64,000 bases of DNA from Verrucomicrobiota bacterium (GTDB lineage: Bacteria; Verrucomicrobiota; Verrucomicrobiia; Limisphaerales; SXQI01), in the NCBI GenBank assembly GCA_033762115.1, contig JANRLX010000027.1:21129-85128 (forward strand), in the 5' to 3' direction. The stretch's first letter is position 1. Each line of letters opens with the position of its first letter. This document shows, one piece after another, positions 8,782-18,999 of the stretch. Position numbers and translations under genes: made by a program. A model generated the notes under the pieces. It worked only from the letters and a program-made list of their open reading frames with translations, was not told the origin of the DNA and made no database searches.

Positions 8782-9929
8782 GTAAAGTTCGCGTTGGGGT
8801 GGTCGGGCTGGGAAACATGGGAAGGTTCCATTCCGATTATCTTTCCCAGGGAAAAGTGGGCCGCTGTGAACTGGCCGCGGTTGCCAGTTCCGACCCGCAG
8901 AAGCTGGCGAAATACCCCAATGCCAAAAAGTTCGCGAGCGGCGAGGAGCTGATTGATTCAGGAATGGTGGATGCGGTGCTGATTGCCACGCCGCATTATT
9001 CCCATACAACGTTTGGCATTCGGGCGTTGAACCGGGGTTTGCACATTATGGTGGAGAAGCCGATCTCCGTCCATAAAGCCGACTGCCTGCGATTGATTGA
9101 AGCATCTCGCAAAACCAAATTGGTTTTTGGTGCGATGTTTCAACTGCGCACAGAACCTCGGTATCAAAAACTCAAGAAGCTGATTGTCGAGGGAGAGCTG
9201 GGCGAAATCGTGCGGGTTTCCTGGATTATCACCGATTGGTTTCGCACGGAAGCTTACTACTCCAGCGGCGGGTGGCGGGCGACATGGAAGGGTGAAGGAG
9301 GAGGCGCTTTACTGAATCAATGTCCTCACCAGCTGGACCTGATGCAATGGCTTTGCGGAATGCCCTCCAAAATCCACGGTTTTGCCCAATTTGGTCGCTA
9401 CCACAACATTGAGGTCGAGGATAATGTCACGGTTTATTTTGAATATCCCAATGGCGCGACGGGCGTTTTCATCACTTCGACGGGTGAATCTCCAGGGACG
9501 AATCGATTCGAGATTGCGGGTGATCGTGGCAAAATTGTGATCGAACAGGGAAAGGTTTCATTCACCCGGAACGAATCCTCGATGCGGGAGTTCAGCCGAA
9601 GCGCGAAATCCGGTTTTGCAAGGCCGGATGTTTGGAATATTGATATCCCGATCGAGAATGCTTCCAGCCAGCATGCCACTGTCATGCAAAATTTCGTGGA
9701 CGCCATTCTTGATGGGGCGCCATTGATCGTTCCAGGAGAAGAAGGGTTACGTTCCGTGGAATGGGCAAATGCGGCGCTCTACTCGACGTGGACCGGGCAG
9801 ACAGTGGAACTTCCGCTGGACGCCACAGCTTACGAGAAGTTGCTGCAGGAAAAGATTGCAGCGTCGAAATTTGAAAAAACGGTCGTTGCTCCAGTTCAGG
9901 ATGATTTCACGAAATCCTTTATCCGTTAA
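8778..9929 (+). CDS. Gfo/Idh/MocA family oxidoreductase (cytoplasmic)
   Basis: Rossmann motif VGVVGLGNMGRFH and the MVEKPIS (EKP) motif. The C-terminal half is an alpha/beta dimerisation domain. The ATGA start/stop overlaps the S46 gene. Confidence 0.85.
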   Translation: MSKVRVGVVGLGNMGRFHSDYLSQGKVGRCELAAVASSDPQKLAKYPNAKKFASGEELIDSGMVDAVLIATPHYSHTTFGIRALNRGLHIMVEKPISVHKADCLRLIEASRKTKLVFGAMFQLRTEPRYQKLKKLIVEGELGEIVRVSWIITDWFRTEAYYSSGGWRATWKGEGGGALLNQCPHQLDLMQWLCGMPSKIHGFAQFGRYHNIEVEDNVTVYFEYPNGATGVFITSTGESPGTNRFEIAGDRGKIVIEQGKVSFTRNESSMREFSRSAKSGFARPDVWNIDIPIENASSQHATVMQNFVDAILDGAPLIVPGEEGLRSVEWANAALYSTWTGQTVELPLDATAYEKLLQEKIAASKFEKTVVAPVQDDFTKSFIR

Positions 9930-9934
9930 TTTGC

Positions 9935-10867
9935 ATGCAATACTCTGGCATAGGTGATGAGGCAGCCAATCTGATCGATGATCAAATCCGGGCGATCAAA
10001 GCGCTTGGCTGGAACTATCTTGAGGCGCGCAATGTGGAAGTGGCCGGTTTTCCGAAAGGGAACATCCATGATATTCCAGACGCTGCATTTGATATCCTTT
10101 GCGGCAAATTGGAGGACGCCGGGATCAGAATCAATTGTTTTGGATCGGCGATTGCGAATTGGGGAAAGAAGATTGATGAACCGTTCGATGCTTCCCTGGC
10201 TGAGGCTTGCCGCGCTATTCCGAGAATGCAACGACTCGGAACGAAATTTGTGCGAATCATGAGTTTCGCGGTGCGGGGTGAAGAGGATCAGATGGCGGAG
10301 GAGCGGTTTCGTCGATTGCGAGAGGTGACGAAAATGTTTTTGGATTCAGGCATCCAGCCTGTTCATGAGAACTGCATGAATTATGGGGGGATGGGCTGGC
10401 CTTTTACCCTGGAATTATTGGAGAAAGTTCCGGGGCTGCGACTTGTTTTTGACACCGCGAACCCGGTTTTCAACGATGATCGAAGCAAACCGAAACCGTG
10501 GCGCAAACAGGACCCCTGGGAATTTTATATCAATGTCAAAGAACAGATTGCCCATGTGCATATCAAGGATGCGATCTGGAACCCGCAAAAGAACGATGCT
10601 GATTACACCATGCCGGGAAAGGGAGATGGAAAGGTGCGCGCCATCATCAAAGATCTGCTCGCGAGCGGTTACAAAGGATTCCTTTCAATTGAACCGCACG
10701 TTGCGGTGGTGTTTCACGATGCTTCGGTGAAGGCGGATGCGAACCAGATGGAATCCTCCTTTATTGAGTATGGGCGGCAGTTAATGAGCCTGGTCGCGGA
10801 TATTGAGATCGAACTCAACCTTCCCGCAGAGCTTCAACGGGCTCCACGGATTGCTGAAAGTTGTTAA
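9935..10867 (+). CDS. xylose-isomerase-like TIM-barrel protein (sugar phosphate isomerase/epimerase family)
   Basis: 310 aa. The motifs FVRIMSF, HVHIKD and GFLSIEPH are typical of AP_endonuc_2/xylose-isomerase-like barrels. It lies 5 nt after the Gfo/Idh/MocA gene. Confidence 0.75.
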   Translation: MQYSGIGDEAANLIDDQIRAIKALGWNYLEARNVEVAGFPKGNIHDIPDAAFDILCGKLEDAGIRINCFGSAIANWGKKIDEPFDASLAEACRAIPRMQRLGTKFVRIMSFAVRGEEDQMAEERFRRLREVTKMFLDSGIQPVHENCMNYGGMGWPFTLELLEKVPGLRLVFDTANPVFNDDRSKPKPWRKQDPWEFYINVKEQIAHVHIKDAIWNPQKNDADYTMPGKGDGKVRAIIKDLLASGYKGFLSIEPHVAVVFHDASVKADANQMESSFIEYGRQLMSLVADIEIELNLPAELQRAPRIAESC

Positions 10868-12168
10868 TCAAGGACGAGCTCGTGACCTTCCCGGGCGGCT
10901 TCGACGATGAGTTTGCTGCCGTGGCTTTCGGCAAGCTGGCGCGCGTGAGCAAGCATTTGCGCCACCCTGGTATCGTCGTGATCGGGATCATGATGGAACA
11001 GGAAGAGGCGCTTCACCCCGGCACGAATGGCCAGTTCAACTGAATCATCGACACAACTATGGCCCCAGCTGATATGATTCTCATATTCACTCAGGTCATA
11101 TTGAGCGTCCATGATGGCGACATCCGCATTTCTCAGGAAATCAGCAAAGCGAGCGTCCTGTTCCTCCGCAAATTGCACCGCTTCTCCGGTGGCCTTGTTG
11201 CTGGTGCGGAGTCTGCGGTGGAGTTCGTTATCGGGCATGTAAACAACGGTCCCGCTGCTGGTGCGAAGACGGTAACCGGCGCAAACCCCGGGATGATTCA
11301 TAAAGGTGGCCTGCACGTTGACCTTGCCAATGGCAAATTCGAGGTCCTTCAATTCATGAATGGCTAGGTTCCCCGGCATTTGCTGCATGCTGATGGGAAA
11401 ATAGGGGCTCTCCATCTGACTTGCCAGAGTCGCTTCCAGTCCACGCCGCGCTCCTTCAAAAGAGAGAATCCGCACCTCATTTTTTGAATTATATGCCGGG
11501 CTGAAAAATGGAAATCCCTGGATATGGTCCCAATGAGTATGGGAGATCAGGATCGTAATCTTCACCGGGCGATTCCGAAACTCGGTCTGAATTTTACGAC
11601 CGAGAGGCCGAATGCCTGAACCGGCATCGAGGATGATCAGTTCACCATCGGCTCGAAGTTCCACGCAGGCAGTATTGCCGCCATAAAAAACCGTGTCCGG
11701 GCCCGGGGTGGGAATGGAGCCGCGAACACCCCAAAATTTCAGCCGGGTTGCTGAGTGAGGATCCAGTGAGGGGCCCAGTAGATCCGTTTCCTTCGAACTT
11801 CCGCCGATGCTGGCTTTCTCGAGGATTTTGAAAAGTTCATCCGGTTTGATCGGTTTGGTGATGTAGTCATCCGCACCGGCTTCAAATGCATTCAGGCGAT
11901 CTGTTGCATAGGCACTGCCGGTGGTGACCACGATCCGGGTGTTGGGAAGATAATCACGCTGTGATTTGAGCGCCCGGCAAAACTGGAACCCGTTGCATCG
12001 CGGCATGAGCAGGTCGCACAGGACAACGTCCGGTTTTTTTTGCAGGGCAATATTCAGACCAGCTTCTCCATCCTCAGCCTGAAATACTTGCCAACCGTGA
12101 CTTTCAAACAATTCCGTAAAGAGAGAACGGAATCCATGGTCATCGTCGATCAGGAGGACGGATTTCAT
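10864..12168 (-). CDS. response-regulator receiver fused to an MBL-fold metallo-hydrolase
   Basis: The start was moved to ATG 12168 (MKSVLLIDDD). The receiver has DVVLCDLLMPRCNG. The MBL half has LKFWGVRGSIPTPG, GGNTACVEL and the HxHxDH motif ISHTHWDHIQGFPFF. Confidence 0.85.
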   Translation of the reverse strand: MKSVLLIDDDHGFRSLFTELFESHGWQVFQAEDGEAGLNIALQKKPDVVLCDLLMPRCNGFQFCRALKSQRDYLPNTRIVVTTGSAYATDRLNAFEAGADDYITKPIKPDELFKILEKASIGGSSKETDLLGPSLDPHSATRLKFWGVRGSIPTPGPDTVFYGGNTACVELRADGELIILDAGSGIRPLGRKIQTEFRNRPVKITILISHTHWDHIQGFPFFSPAYNSKNEVRILSFEGARRGLEATLASQMESPYFPISMQQMPGNLAIHELKDLEFAIGKVNVQATFMNHPGVCAGYRLRTSSGTVVYMPDNELHRRLRTSNKATGEAVQFAEEQDARFADFLRNADVAIMDAQYDLSEYENHISWGHSCVDDSVELAIRAGVKRLFLFHHDPDHDDTRVAQMLAHARQLAESHGSKLIVEAAREGHELVLD

Positions 12169-12291
12169 TGGAACCCATCTCATAGAGGGGAGTGGGTCGG
12201 GTTGCAAGCGATTTGGTCATAAACCACAGAAAAGAGGGCGAAATCACCCCCTTTCTCCCGTTAAAACATGAATAAACAGGTGAAATGTTAT

Positions 12292-14601
12292 CTAAAAACG
12301 ACCTTCGGTTGCCTTTTCCGGGACAATGGCTTTGCTTGTCTGACAAGGAATGGAACTTACCTGATCGACTCGGTTCAGGTTCCTGCCAAGCTCAATGGAT
12401 GTGACAGTTTCAGGGCGTTTTGCCAGAAAATATTTATCCAATGCCTGTTCAAACGTTGGCAGCAATAATCCGCGCTCAGAGCCCAGCACCGAATAAATGG
12501 GGCGAGCGGCAGGAAGATGAAATTTGTGCAATGGGCGCGGCTCGATCAGGTGTGTCGGCAGGCCTGCACGGGTCGCGGCGAGGTAGGCCAGTTCCGCCCA
12601 TGTGATCGCTCCCTGGTTGGCGAGGTGCCAGATTCCAGACTCGCCATCAATCAATAAATCCAGGGTTGTGTTTACGAGGTCCGGCACATAGGTCGGCGAA
12701 ACAATGGCATCAACAGGCGCCTGGACGATTTCATTGGCACGCAGTTTATTCAGAGTCACGGTAATAAAATTGTGCTCATCCCAGGGCCCAAAAAATGCAC
12801 TGGTCCTGATGAGCAATGCAGCCGGGAACAGCTGCAATGCCTGTCGTTCTCCCTCCGCCTTGGTTTCACCATAAATATTCAATGGAGAGACGGGGTCACT
12901 CTCCTTGTAAGGTGTGCGTTTCAAGCCGTCGAAGACCAGATCACTGGAGAATGTGACCAGCCTGATTCCATGGGCGGCGCAAATTTTTGCCAGTGTTGCG
13001 GGACCGGTTGTATTTTCTCTCCTGCAACGCTCCTGTTCTGCTTCAGCCTGGTCCACCCGCACGTAACCTGCGGTGTTAACCACTGCCCAGGGTTTTAGGG
13101 TGCTGAGCATTGTTTCGACCGCTTCCGGAGAGGCAATGTCCAGTTCCTGCCGATTTAGCAGGCGGTATGGCAAACCGCGAATCTCACAGAGTCGGGCAAA
13201 GGCTTTTCCCAGGGTTCCGGTGGCCCCTGTGATGAGCAATGGTTGGGCAGTCTGGGTTGATTCAGGTGCAGAGGATAATGCTTCCATGGACTGGATCGGC
13301 ATGACTGGAGGATAAAGTAAACGAATTTCTCTCCTCCACCAACCGGGGGAATGCAACACAGGATGATCGAATGACTTTTTATCACCTAAAGCTGCGGCAG
13401 TTTGCGCGATTCCGGTTGGGCGAGGGGGAGAGCTGCGCAGGTCAAACGCACCCGGTTCATATTCGCGATCAGTCCGGGTGAGAAGGCTTGCCCAATCATA
13501 GGCCCCGAGCATGGACCATACTGTGACTGCCCGAATATCTGCTCCTTCCACCTTCAATTTGCAACAACCCTGCCAAACCTCCTTCAACCAGCGCATTTGC
13601 TCTTCCCGAGTGCAGCCCAGATGCGCTTCGGTGATTGCCAGGGGCTTTTGGTATCGCTCCCATACTTCCCGCAAGATGCCAGCGGCACCCGCAATACCCA
13701 GGGCCGAAACCCGAACCGCGGAGACATCGGCGTAAGATTCCCGTCCATTTCCTCCGTGATTCCGCTCCGGATAATATTGGAGGCGCTCATCCAAAAAACG
13801 CTCGCTGGTAACGTAATAATTAATTCCAAAAATATCAGGGGAGCAGGGGGACTCCTTGAACTGAAGAATTTCAGATGGTTCAAGGCCATTTTCGATCAGG
13901 TAGTTCCACATCCAATGCTGTTCATCAATACGCCCGCACAACAGATCAAAGCTCAACCAGCGGCGCTCATTGTCGAAACGAGCCTGGTAGGCCATATGCT
14001 CCGTGCTGTAGGTTTTGCCCATGTCTTCAGTTTGTACCAGCTGAGCGGCGGGGTTGATTGTGCGAATGGCAGCCATGGCAAGTTTGGTTGCCTGGCATTC
14101 GATCAATAAACTGCGCAAAAAACTTTTTGAATCAGCGCGATGCGGATACCAGTGACCGTAAAGACAGCTAAAGCGTGCGGTGGTTAATGGCTCGTTGACA
14201 GGGGTATAATATTTCACCCAGGGAAACTGCCGTGCGACCTTGGCTGCATACTCGGCCAGCAATGGAGCAAATTGAGGGTCCAGGAGATTGGTGAATTCCG
14301 GTCCGCTCCCATGATGCACCAATCCGACAATGGGATCGATGCCAAGGTCACGAATACGTTCCAGCCGTTTTGTATCCCCAGAAAAATCTGGTTGTGCCTG
14401 AGGATGTCTTTCCCACAAAACAGGGTAACGAATCGCTTGAATTCCCAATTCAGCGATCCGGTCCAGGTCGGAAATTCTGGAATAATGGCCTGCAAGTTCC
14501 AATTGATCATTATAACGGTCACCCACTCTGTTAATGGTGCATTCAATCCCCCCCCACAACTCGAGTCCGTTTTCTTTCGCTGTTTTCAAATCCATTTCCA
14601 A
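12292..14601 (-). CDS. fusion protein: N-terminal GH1-like (beta/alpha)8 glycosidase-fold domain + C-terminal RmlD-type (dTDP-4-dehydrorhamnose reductase-like) NAD(P) domain
   Basis: 769 aa. The N-terminus is WGGIECTINRVGDRYNDQLELAGHY...IRYPVLWERH...NEPLTTA. The C-terminal half is LLITGATGTLGKAF...VVNTAGYVRVDQAE...TFSSDLVFDG. Confidence 0.75.
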   Translation of the reverse strand: MEMDLKTAKENGLELWGGIECTINRVGDRYNDQLELAGHYSRISDLDRIAELGIQAIRYPVLWERHPQAQPDFSGDTKRLERIRDLGIDPIVGLVHHGSGPEFTNLLDPQFAPLLAEYAAKVARQFPWVKYYTPVNEPLTTARFSCLYGHWYPHRADSKSFLRSLLIECQATKLAMAAIRTINPAAQLVQTEDMGKTYSTEHMAYQARFDNERRWLSFDLLCGRIDEQHWMWNYLIENGLEPSEILQFKESPCSPDIFGINYYVTSERFLDERLQYYPERNHGGNGRESYADVSAVRVSALGIAGAAGILREVWERYQKPLAITEAHLGCTREEQMRWLKEVWQGCCKLKVEGADIRAVTVWSMLGAYDWASLLTRTDREYEPGAFDLRSSPPRPTGIAQTAAALGDKKSFDHPVLHSPGWWRREIRLLYPPVMPIQSMEALSSAPESTQTAQPLLITGATGTLGKAFARLCEIRGLPYRLLNRQELDIASPEAVETMLSTLKPWAVVNTAGYVRVDQAEAEQERCRRENTTGPATLAKICAAHGIRLVTFSSDLVFDGLKRTPYKESDPVSPLNIYGETKAEGERQALQLFPAALLIRTSAFFGPWDEHNFITVTLNKLRANEIVQAPVDAIVSPTYVPDLVNTTLDLLIDGESGIWHLANQGAITWAELAYLAATRAGLPTHLIEPRPLHKFHLPAARPIYSVLGSERGLLLPTFEQALDKYFLAKRPETVTSIELGRNLNRVDQVSSIPCQTSKAIVPEKATEGRF

Positions 14602-14857
14602 CCTCCTCTGCTGATGCTATTGGGACGCATCAAACTGCACAAAATTTACGGGCAGAGCAGGCGGAAATCTGTACAGTCAATCCCCCAAACTTGATAAGGA
14701 GAGTGCCTGATGTGGATGATGGCATGATTTCTCTCATACTGTTTTAAGTGGGTTTTCACAAAAACTGTGCATCTTACGCAGTGTGCTCTCCCTGGCAGAG
14801 TCGTTTCCAACCATTCAAATTGCGCACCCTGAAATCTCTTCTTAATATGCAGATGTA

Positions 14858-17800
14858 ATGTTGAAGCGTGAATTGATGTTATGCACCCGAGCGGTGGGTG
14901 TGTTGTTGTTAACGGCACCCTGTTTTAATAAAGCCAGTGCGGCTGAACCTGGTAATTCGAGGCCTGATGCTCCGATGGTGGCTGAAGCTTCCGGGGAAGG
15001 GGAATTGGCCATCAAAGGACTTCAGCTTCCAAGCGGGTTCAAAGCGGAACTGATCGCAGCGGAACCGCATCTTGCGAACCCAGTTGCCTTTTACATCGAT
15101 CATTCCGGCAAAATTTTTGTAGCGGAAACATTCCGCCACGGTGCAGGGGTGACGGATATTCGCGGTCACAATAATTGGCTGGATGAAGATTTGGCTTCGA
15201 GGACGGTGGATGATCGGCTGGCGATGTTGCGCCGACATGAAGGTTCCCACTTTCCAAATTACAGCAAGCAATCTGATCGCATCAAACTGTTGGAGGACCG
15301 GGACGGTGACGGAAAAATCGATCATTCGACAGTATTTGCCGATGGGTTTTACGATCCGCTCTCAGGCATTGGGTCGGGAGTGCTCTCATGGAGAGGGGAA
15401 ACATGGTATGCAAATATTCCTGATCTCTGGCTCTTAAAGGATAGTGATCAGAATGGGGTGGCTGAATTCAGAAAATCGTTGCATCACGGATTTGGTGTAA
15501 GGGTTGGCTTTTTGGGACATGACCTGCATGGGCTTCGCCTTGGACCGGACGGGAAGCTTTATTTTAGCATCGGTGATCGCGGCACCAGCGTTGATGTTGG
15601 TCACGGGACTCGTGTCGGTGACCCGGACAGCGGCGCGGTTTACCGCTGCAATCGTGATGGAAGTGATCTGGAACTGTTCGCCTTTGGCTTGCGAAATCCG
15701 CAGGAAATCATTTTTGATCAGTACGGCAATCTTTTCACTGGAGACAATAATTCAGACGGTGGCGACCGCGCCCGTTGGGTTTACCTTGTTGAAGGGGGGG
15801 ATAGTGGATGGCGGATTGGATATCAATTCATTGAATCGCCAAATGCTCGAGGACCCTGGAACGCTGAAAAGCTGTGGCATCCGAAATGGGATGGGCAAGC
15901 TGCCTACCTTCTTCCGCCGATTGCAAATGTCAGCGATGGTCCCAGCGGTTTGACGTATTATCCAGGTACCGGACTTCCCGAGAAGTATGCCGGTCATTTT
16001 TTCCTGGTGGATTTTAAAGGCAGCAGGGGAAGCGGTATTCATTCATTCAAAGTTGAGCCTGCAGGGGCAACCTTCCGGCTGGCAAATCGGGAAAATTTTG
16101 TTTGGGAAGCGCTCCCGACCGATGTTGATTTTGGATTGGACGGCGGCGTTTACTTTACTGATTGGGTGCAAGGCTGGGGTAAAACCGGGAAAGGGAGAGT
16201 CTATCGCGTCTACAACCCGGATACTGCTGCTGCGGCAATTGTCATAGAGACCAGGAAATTACTGCAAAGTGATTTTCGCAAGAAGAGCATCGGCGATCTG
16301 TCCAGATTGTTGAATCATGCGGACATGCGTGTCCGTCAGGAAGCCCAGTTTGAACTGTCTTTCCGGGGCAGGAAAGGCTTGGAGGCGTTCATCAAGACTA
16401 CGCAAAATGGATCGCAGCTTGCGAAAATTCATTCGCTATGGGGGCTGGGACAAATTGGACGGGAGCAGGCATCGTTGGTGATCAAGGCGCTGCTTGATGG
16501 AACGCGGGACAAGGATGCGGAAGTCCGTTCCCAGGCAGCGAAAGTCCTCGCTGATCTCAAGTTAAAAGGTGCGGAGGAAACATTCATTTCCTTATTAAAA
16601 GACCCGGAACCGCGTCCCCGATTTTTCGCAGCAATCGGCCTGGGCAAGCTTCGTTCCGAAAAAGCATTTGATGCAGTGGTCGAACTCCTGCGAGAGAATA
16701 ACGACAAGGACGTTTACATCCGCCATGCGGCAGTCATGGCATTGACCGGCATTGGAAACACAGAAGCGCTCCTTGCCCGGGCAAAGGATGAATCTTCGGC
16801 TGTTCGCATGGGAATTCTTCTGGCATTGCGCCGTTTACAACGAGCGGAGGTGGGGGTGTTCCTGAAAGACAGCTCACCGTTGATCGTGACAGAAGCAGCC
16901 AGAGCGATCAATGACGTGCCAATCAGTGGTGCAATGCTTGATCTGGCTGGATTAACGAGCAATCTCCGCAATTCAGAAGTGGCTCCTGAATTGGGAAGAC
17001 GAATTGTAAACGCCAATTTGCGGGTGGGAATCCAGCAAACCGCCGAGCATTTGGGAAGCATCGCCGCAGACCCCGGTGTGCCGGAGGCATTTCGCGCAGA
17101 GGCATTGCGCGCGCTCGGAAATTGGGAGCAGCCTTCAGGGCGTGACAGGGTTACCGGCCTCTGGCGCCCGGTGGTGGGGCCGCGAAAACAGCAGGATGCG
17201 GTCAAGGCTATTGAACCGCGCCTTGCCACCATTCTGTCAACCGCGCCGGAATCAGTCCAACGTGCGGCGGCCAGGGCTATTGCCCAGCTTGGGATTAACT
17301 CCTCCGGAGGAGATCTCGCAAAGCTCGTGCAATCCAGCGGCAGTTCTGCGGTGGTCCGGGTGGAATCGCTGCGTGCGCTGGCTGAGTTGAATCATGATCA
17401 GCTGGCGGCGGCGCTGGATGCTGCCCAAAACGATAACAGTGAGGAAGTTCGGCGCGAGGCGATCAAGCTTGGGGCAAACGCAAAGCCGACCGGGGCAATT
17501 GGCCAATTGGCATCAATTCTTGAAAGCGGTTCTGCTGGCGAAAAGCAAAGTGCTTTCGCCGCCCTGGCGAACATCGAAGGAAACAGCGCTGATGAGCTGC
17601 TCCTGAAATGGATGGAAAAATTGAAGAAAGGTGAGGTGCCGCAGGAGATCGTGCTGGATCTGATCGAGGCGGTTGCAAAGCGAAGTTCCGCGATTGTGAA
17701 AAGCAAATTGCAGGAGTATGAGGCAACCCTCCCCGCTTCGGACGAATTGAAAGAGTTTCAAGCTTCACTCGTGGGGGGGAATGCTGCCGAAGGAAAAAAA

Positions 17801-18193
17801 ATATTTCACGAACGGGCTGATGCAGCCTGCCTCCGCTGCCATAAAATCAACGGTGAAGGCGGTGAGGTGGGGCCGGAACTGACCGGGCTTGGCCAAAAAC
17901 AAAACCGCCAATATATCCTGGAGGCGATTGTCTACCCAAACAAGCATATTGCCCCTGGATATGAGAGCGTCATCGTCACGACCAAGAGCGGCATTGCCTA
18001 CGCCGGCGTGATCAAAAGTGAAAATGACCAGGAACTCGTCTTGAATTCGCCTGAGGATGGAATTGTCACTTTAAAGAAAACGGATGTCACAGGTCGTGAA
18101 CGTGGCTTGTCCGGAATGCCGGAAGGATTGGGTTCGCTCCTGACCAAACAGGAATTGCGAAACTTGATCGAATTTCTTGCCACCAGCAAATGA
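14858..18193 (+). CDS. PVC-type 'membrane-bound dehydrogenase domain' + HEAT repeats + C-terminal c-type heme-binding domain protein (paralogue 1)
   Basis: 1111 aa with a signal peptide. The N-terminal beta-propeller is dehydrogenase-like ([17 protein letters not shown]). The middle is a long HEAT-like region. CLRCH is encoded at 17828-17842, followed by GPELTG and a LSGMPEG tail. Confidence 0.85.
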   Translation: MLKRELMLCTRAVGVLLLTAPCFNKASAAEPGNSRPDAPMVAEASGEGELAIKGLQLPSGFKAELIAAEPHLANPVAFYIDHSGKIFVAETFRHGAGVTDIRGHNNWLDEDLASRTVDDRLAMLRRHEGSHFPNYSKQSDRIKLLEDRDGDGKIDHSTVFADGFYDPLSGIGSGVLSWRGETWYANIPDLWLLKDSDQNGVAEFRKSLHHGFGVRVGFLGHDLHGLRLGPDGKLYFSIGDRGTSVDVGHGTRVGDPDSGAVYRCNRDGSDLELFAFGLRNPQEIIFDQYGNLFTGDNNSDGGDRARWVYLVEGGDSGWRIGYQFIESPNARGPWNAEKLWHPKWDGQAAYLLPPIANVSDGPSGLTYYPGTGLPEKYAGHFFLVDFKGSRGSGIHSFKVEPAGATFRLANRENFVWEALPTDVDFGLDGGVYFTDWVQGWGKTGKGRVYRVYNPDTAAAAIVIETRKLLQSDFRKKSIGDLSRLLNHADMRVRQEAQFELSFRGRKGLEAFIKTTQNGSQLAKIHSLWGLGQIGREQASLVIKALLDGTRDKDAEVRSQAAKVLADLKLKGAEETFISLLKDPEPRPRFFAAIGLGKLRSEKAFDAVVELLRENNDKDVYIRHAAVMALTGIGNTEALLARAKDESSAVRMGILLALRRLQRAEVGVFLKDSSPLIVTEAARAINDVPISGAMLDLAGLTSNLRNSEVAPELGRRIVNANLRVGIQQTAEHLGSIAADPGVPEAFRAEALRALGNWEQPSGRDRVTGLWRPVVGPRKQQDAVKAIEPRLATILSTAPESVQRAAARAIAQLGINSSGGDLAKLVQSSGSSAVVRVESLRALAELNHDQLAAALDAAQNDNSEEVRREAIKLGANAKPTGAIGQLASILESGSAGEKQSAFAALANIEGNSADELLLKWMEKLKKGEVPQEIVLDLIEAVAKRSSAIVKSKLQEYEATLPASDELKEFQASLVGGNAAEGKKIFHERADAACLRCHKINGEGGEVGPELTGLGQKQNRQYILEAIVYPNKHIAPGYESVIVTTKSGIAYAGVIKSENDQELVLNSPEDGIVTLKKTDVTGRERGLSGMPEGLGSLLTKQELRNLIEFLATSK

Positions 18194-18996
18194 GCGATCG
18201 TCGCTCAAGAAAACCGATTGCCTTGACCATCGCTGGTTCGGACAGCGGCGGTGGAGCAGGTATCCAGGCGGACCTGAAAACATTCGCGGCTCTCGCGGTT
18301 CACGGAACCAGCGTCATCACCTGTTTGACCGCGCAGAATCCGAAGGAAGTCCTGGCAGTGGAGGCCGCCAGCGGTTCTATAATTCAGGGTCAGCTGAAAG
18401 CTCTCTTTGCCGAATTGCCACCTCTTGCGGTGAAAACCGGAATGCTCTACTCGGTGGAAATTATCGAGGTGATTGCGAAATTTTTTTGGGAGCAAAAACG
18501 GCGGCAAATTCCTTTGATTATTGATCCAGTGATGGTCGCGACCAGCGGAGCGAAACTGCTTCAACCCGCCGCGATCCAGGCGTTTCGCGACACATTGTTG
18601 CCGAGGGCCGCACTGGTCACGCCAAACCTGGATGAAACTGAGATGCTCCTTGGCCGAAGCATTGTCGATGTGGAAGGAATGCGGATTGCCGCGCGTGAAT
18701 TACATGATCTGTTTGGCTGTGCTGCCTTGATCAAAGGGGGACATCTGAAAGGGATTCGGCAGGCAATCGATATTTTTTACGATGGCCGCGAGGAGTTGTT
18801 ACTGGATTCCGTCCGGATCAAGGGAGTTTCCACTCATGGCACCGGCTGCACCTATTCGGCTGCGATCACTGGTTATATTGCGCTTGGATGCAAAATTCCA
18901 TACGCAGTCCAGTTGGGAAAAGAGTTCATCACCCAGGCGATCGCGCAAAGTTACTTTGCGGGAAAGCACTCGGTGCTGGAACCGTTCTGGGAATAA
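18190..18996 (+). CDS. thiD: hydroxymethylpyrimidine/phosphomethylpyrimidine kinase
   Basis: [29 protein letters not shown] and [12 protein letters not shown]. An ATGA overlaps the upstream stop. Confidence 0.9.
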   Translation: MSDRRSRKPIALTIAGSDSGGGAGIQADLKTFAALAVHGTSVITCLTAQNPKEVLAVEAASGSIIQGQLKALFAELPPLAVKTGMLYSVEIIEVIAKFFWEQKRRQIPLIIDPVMVATSGAKLLQPAAIQAFRDTLLPRAALVTPNLDETEMLLGRSIVDVEGMRIAARELHDLFGCAALIKGGHLKGIRQAIDIFYDGREELLLDSVRIKGVSTHGTGCTYSAAITGYIALGCKIPYAVQLGKEFITQAIAQSYFAGKHSVLEPFWE

Positions 18997-18999
18997 AAA

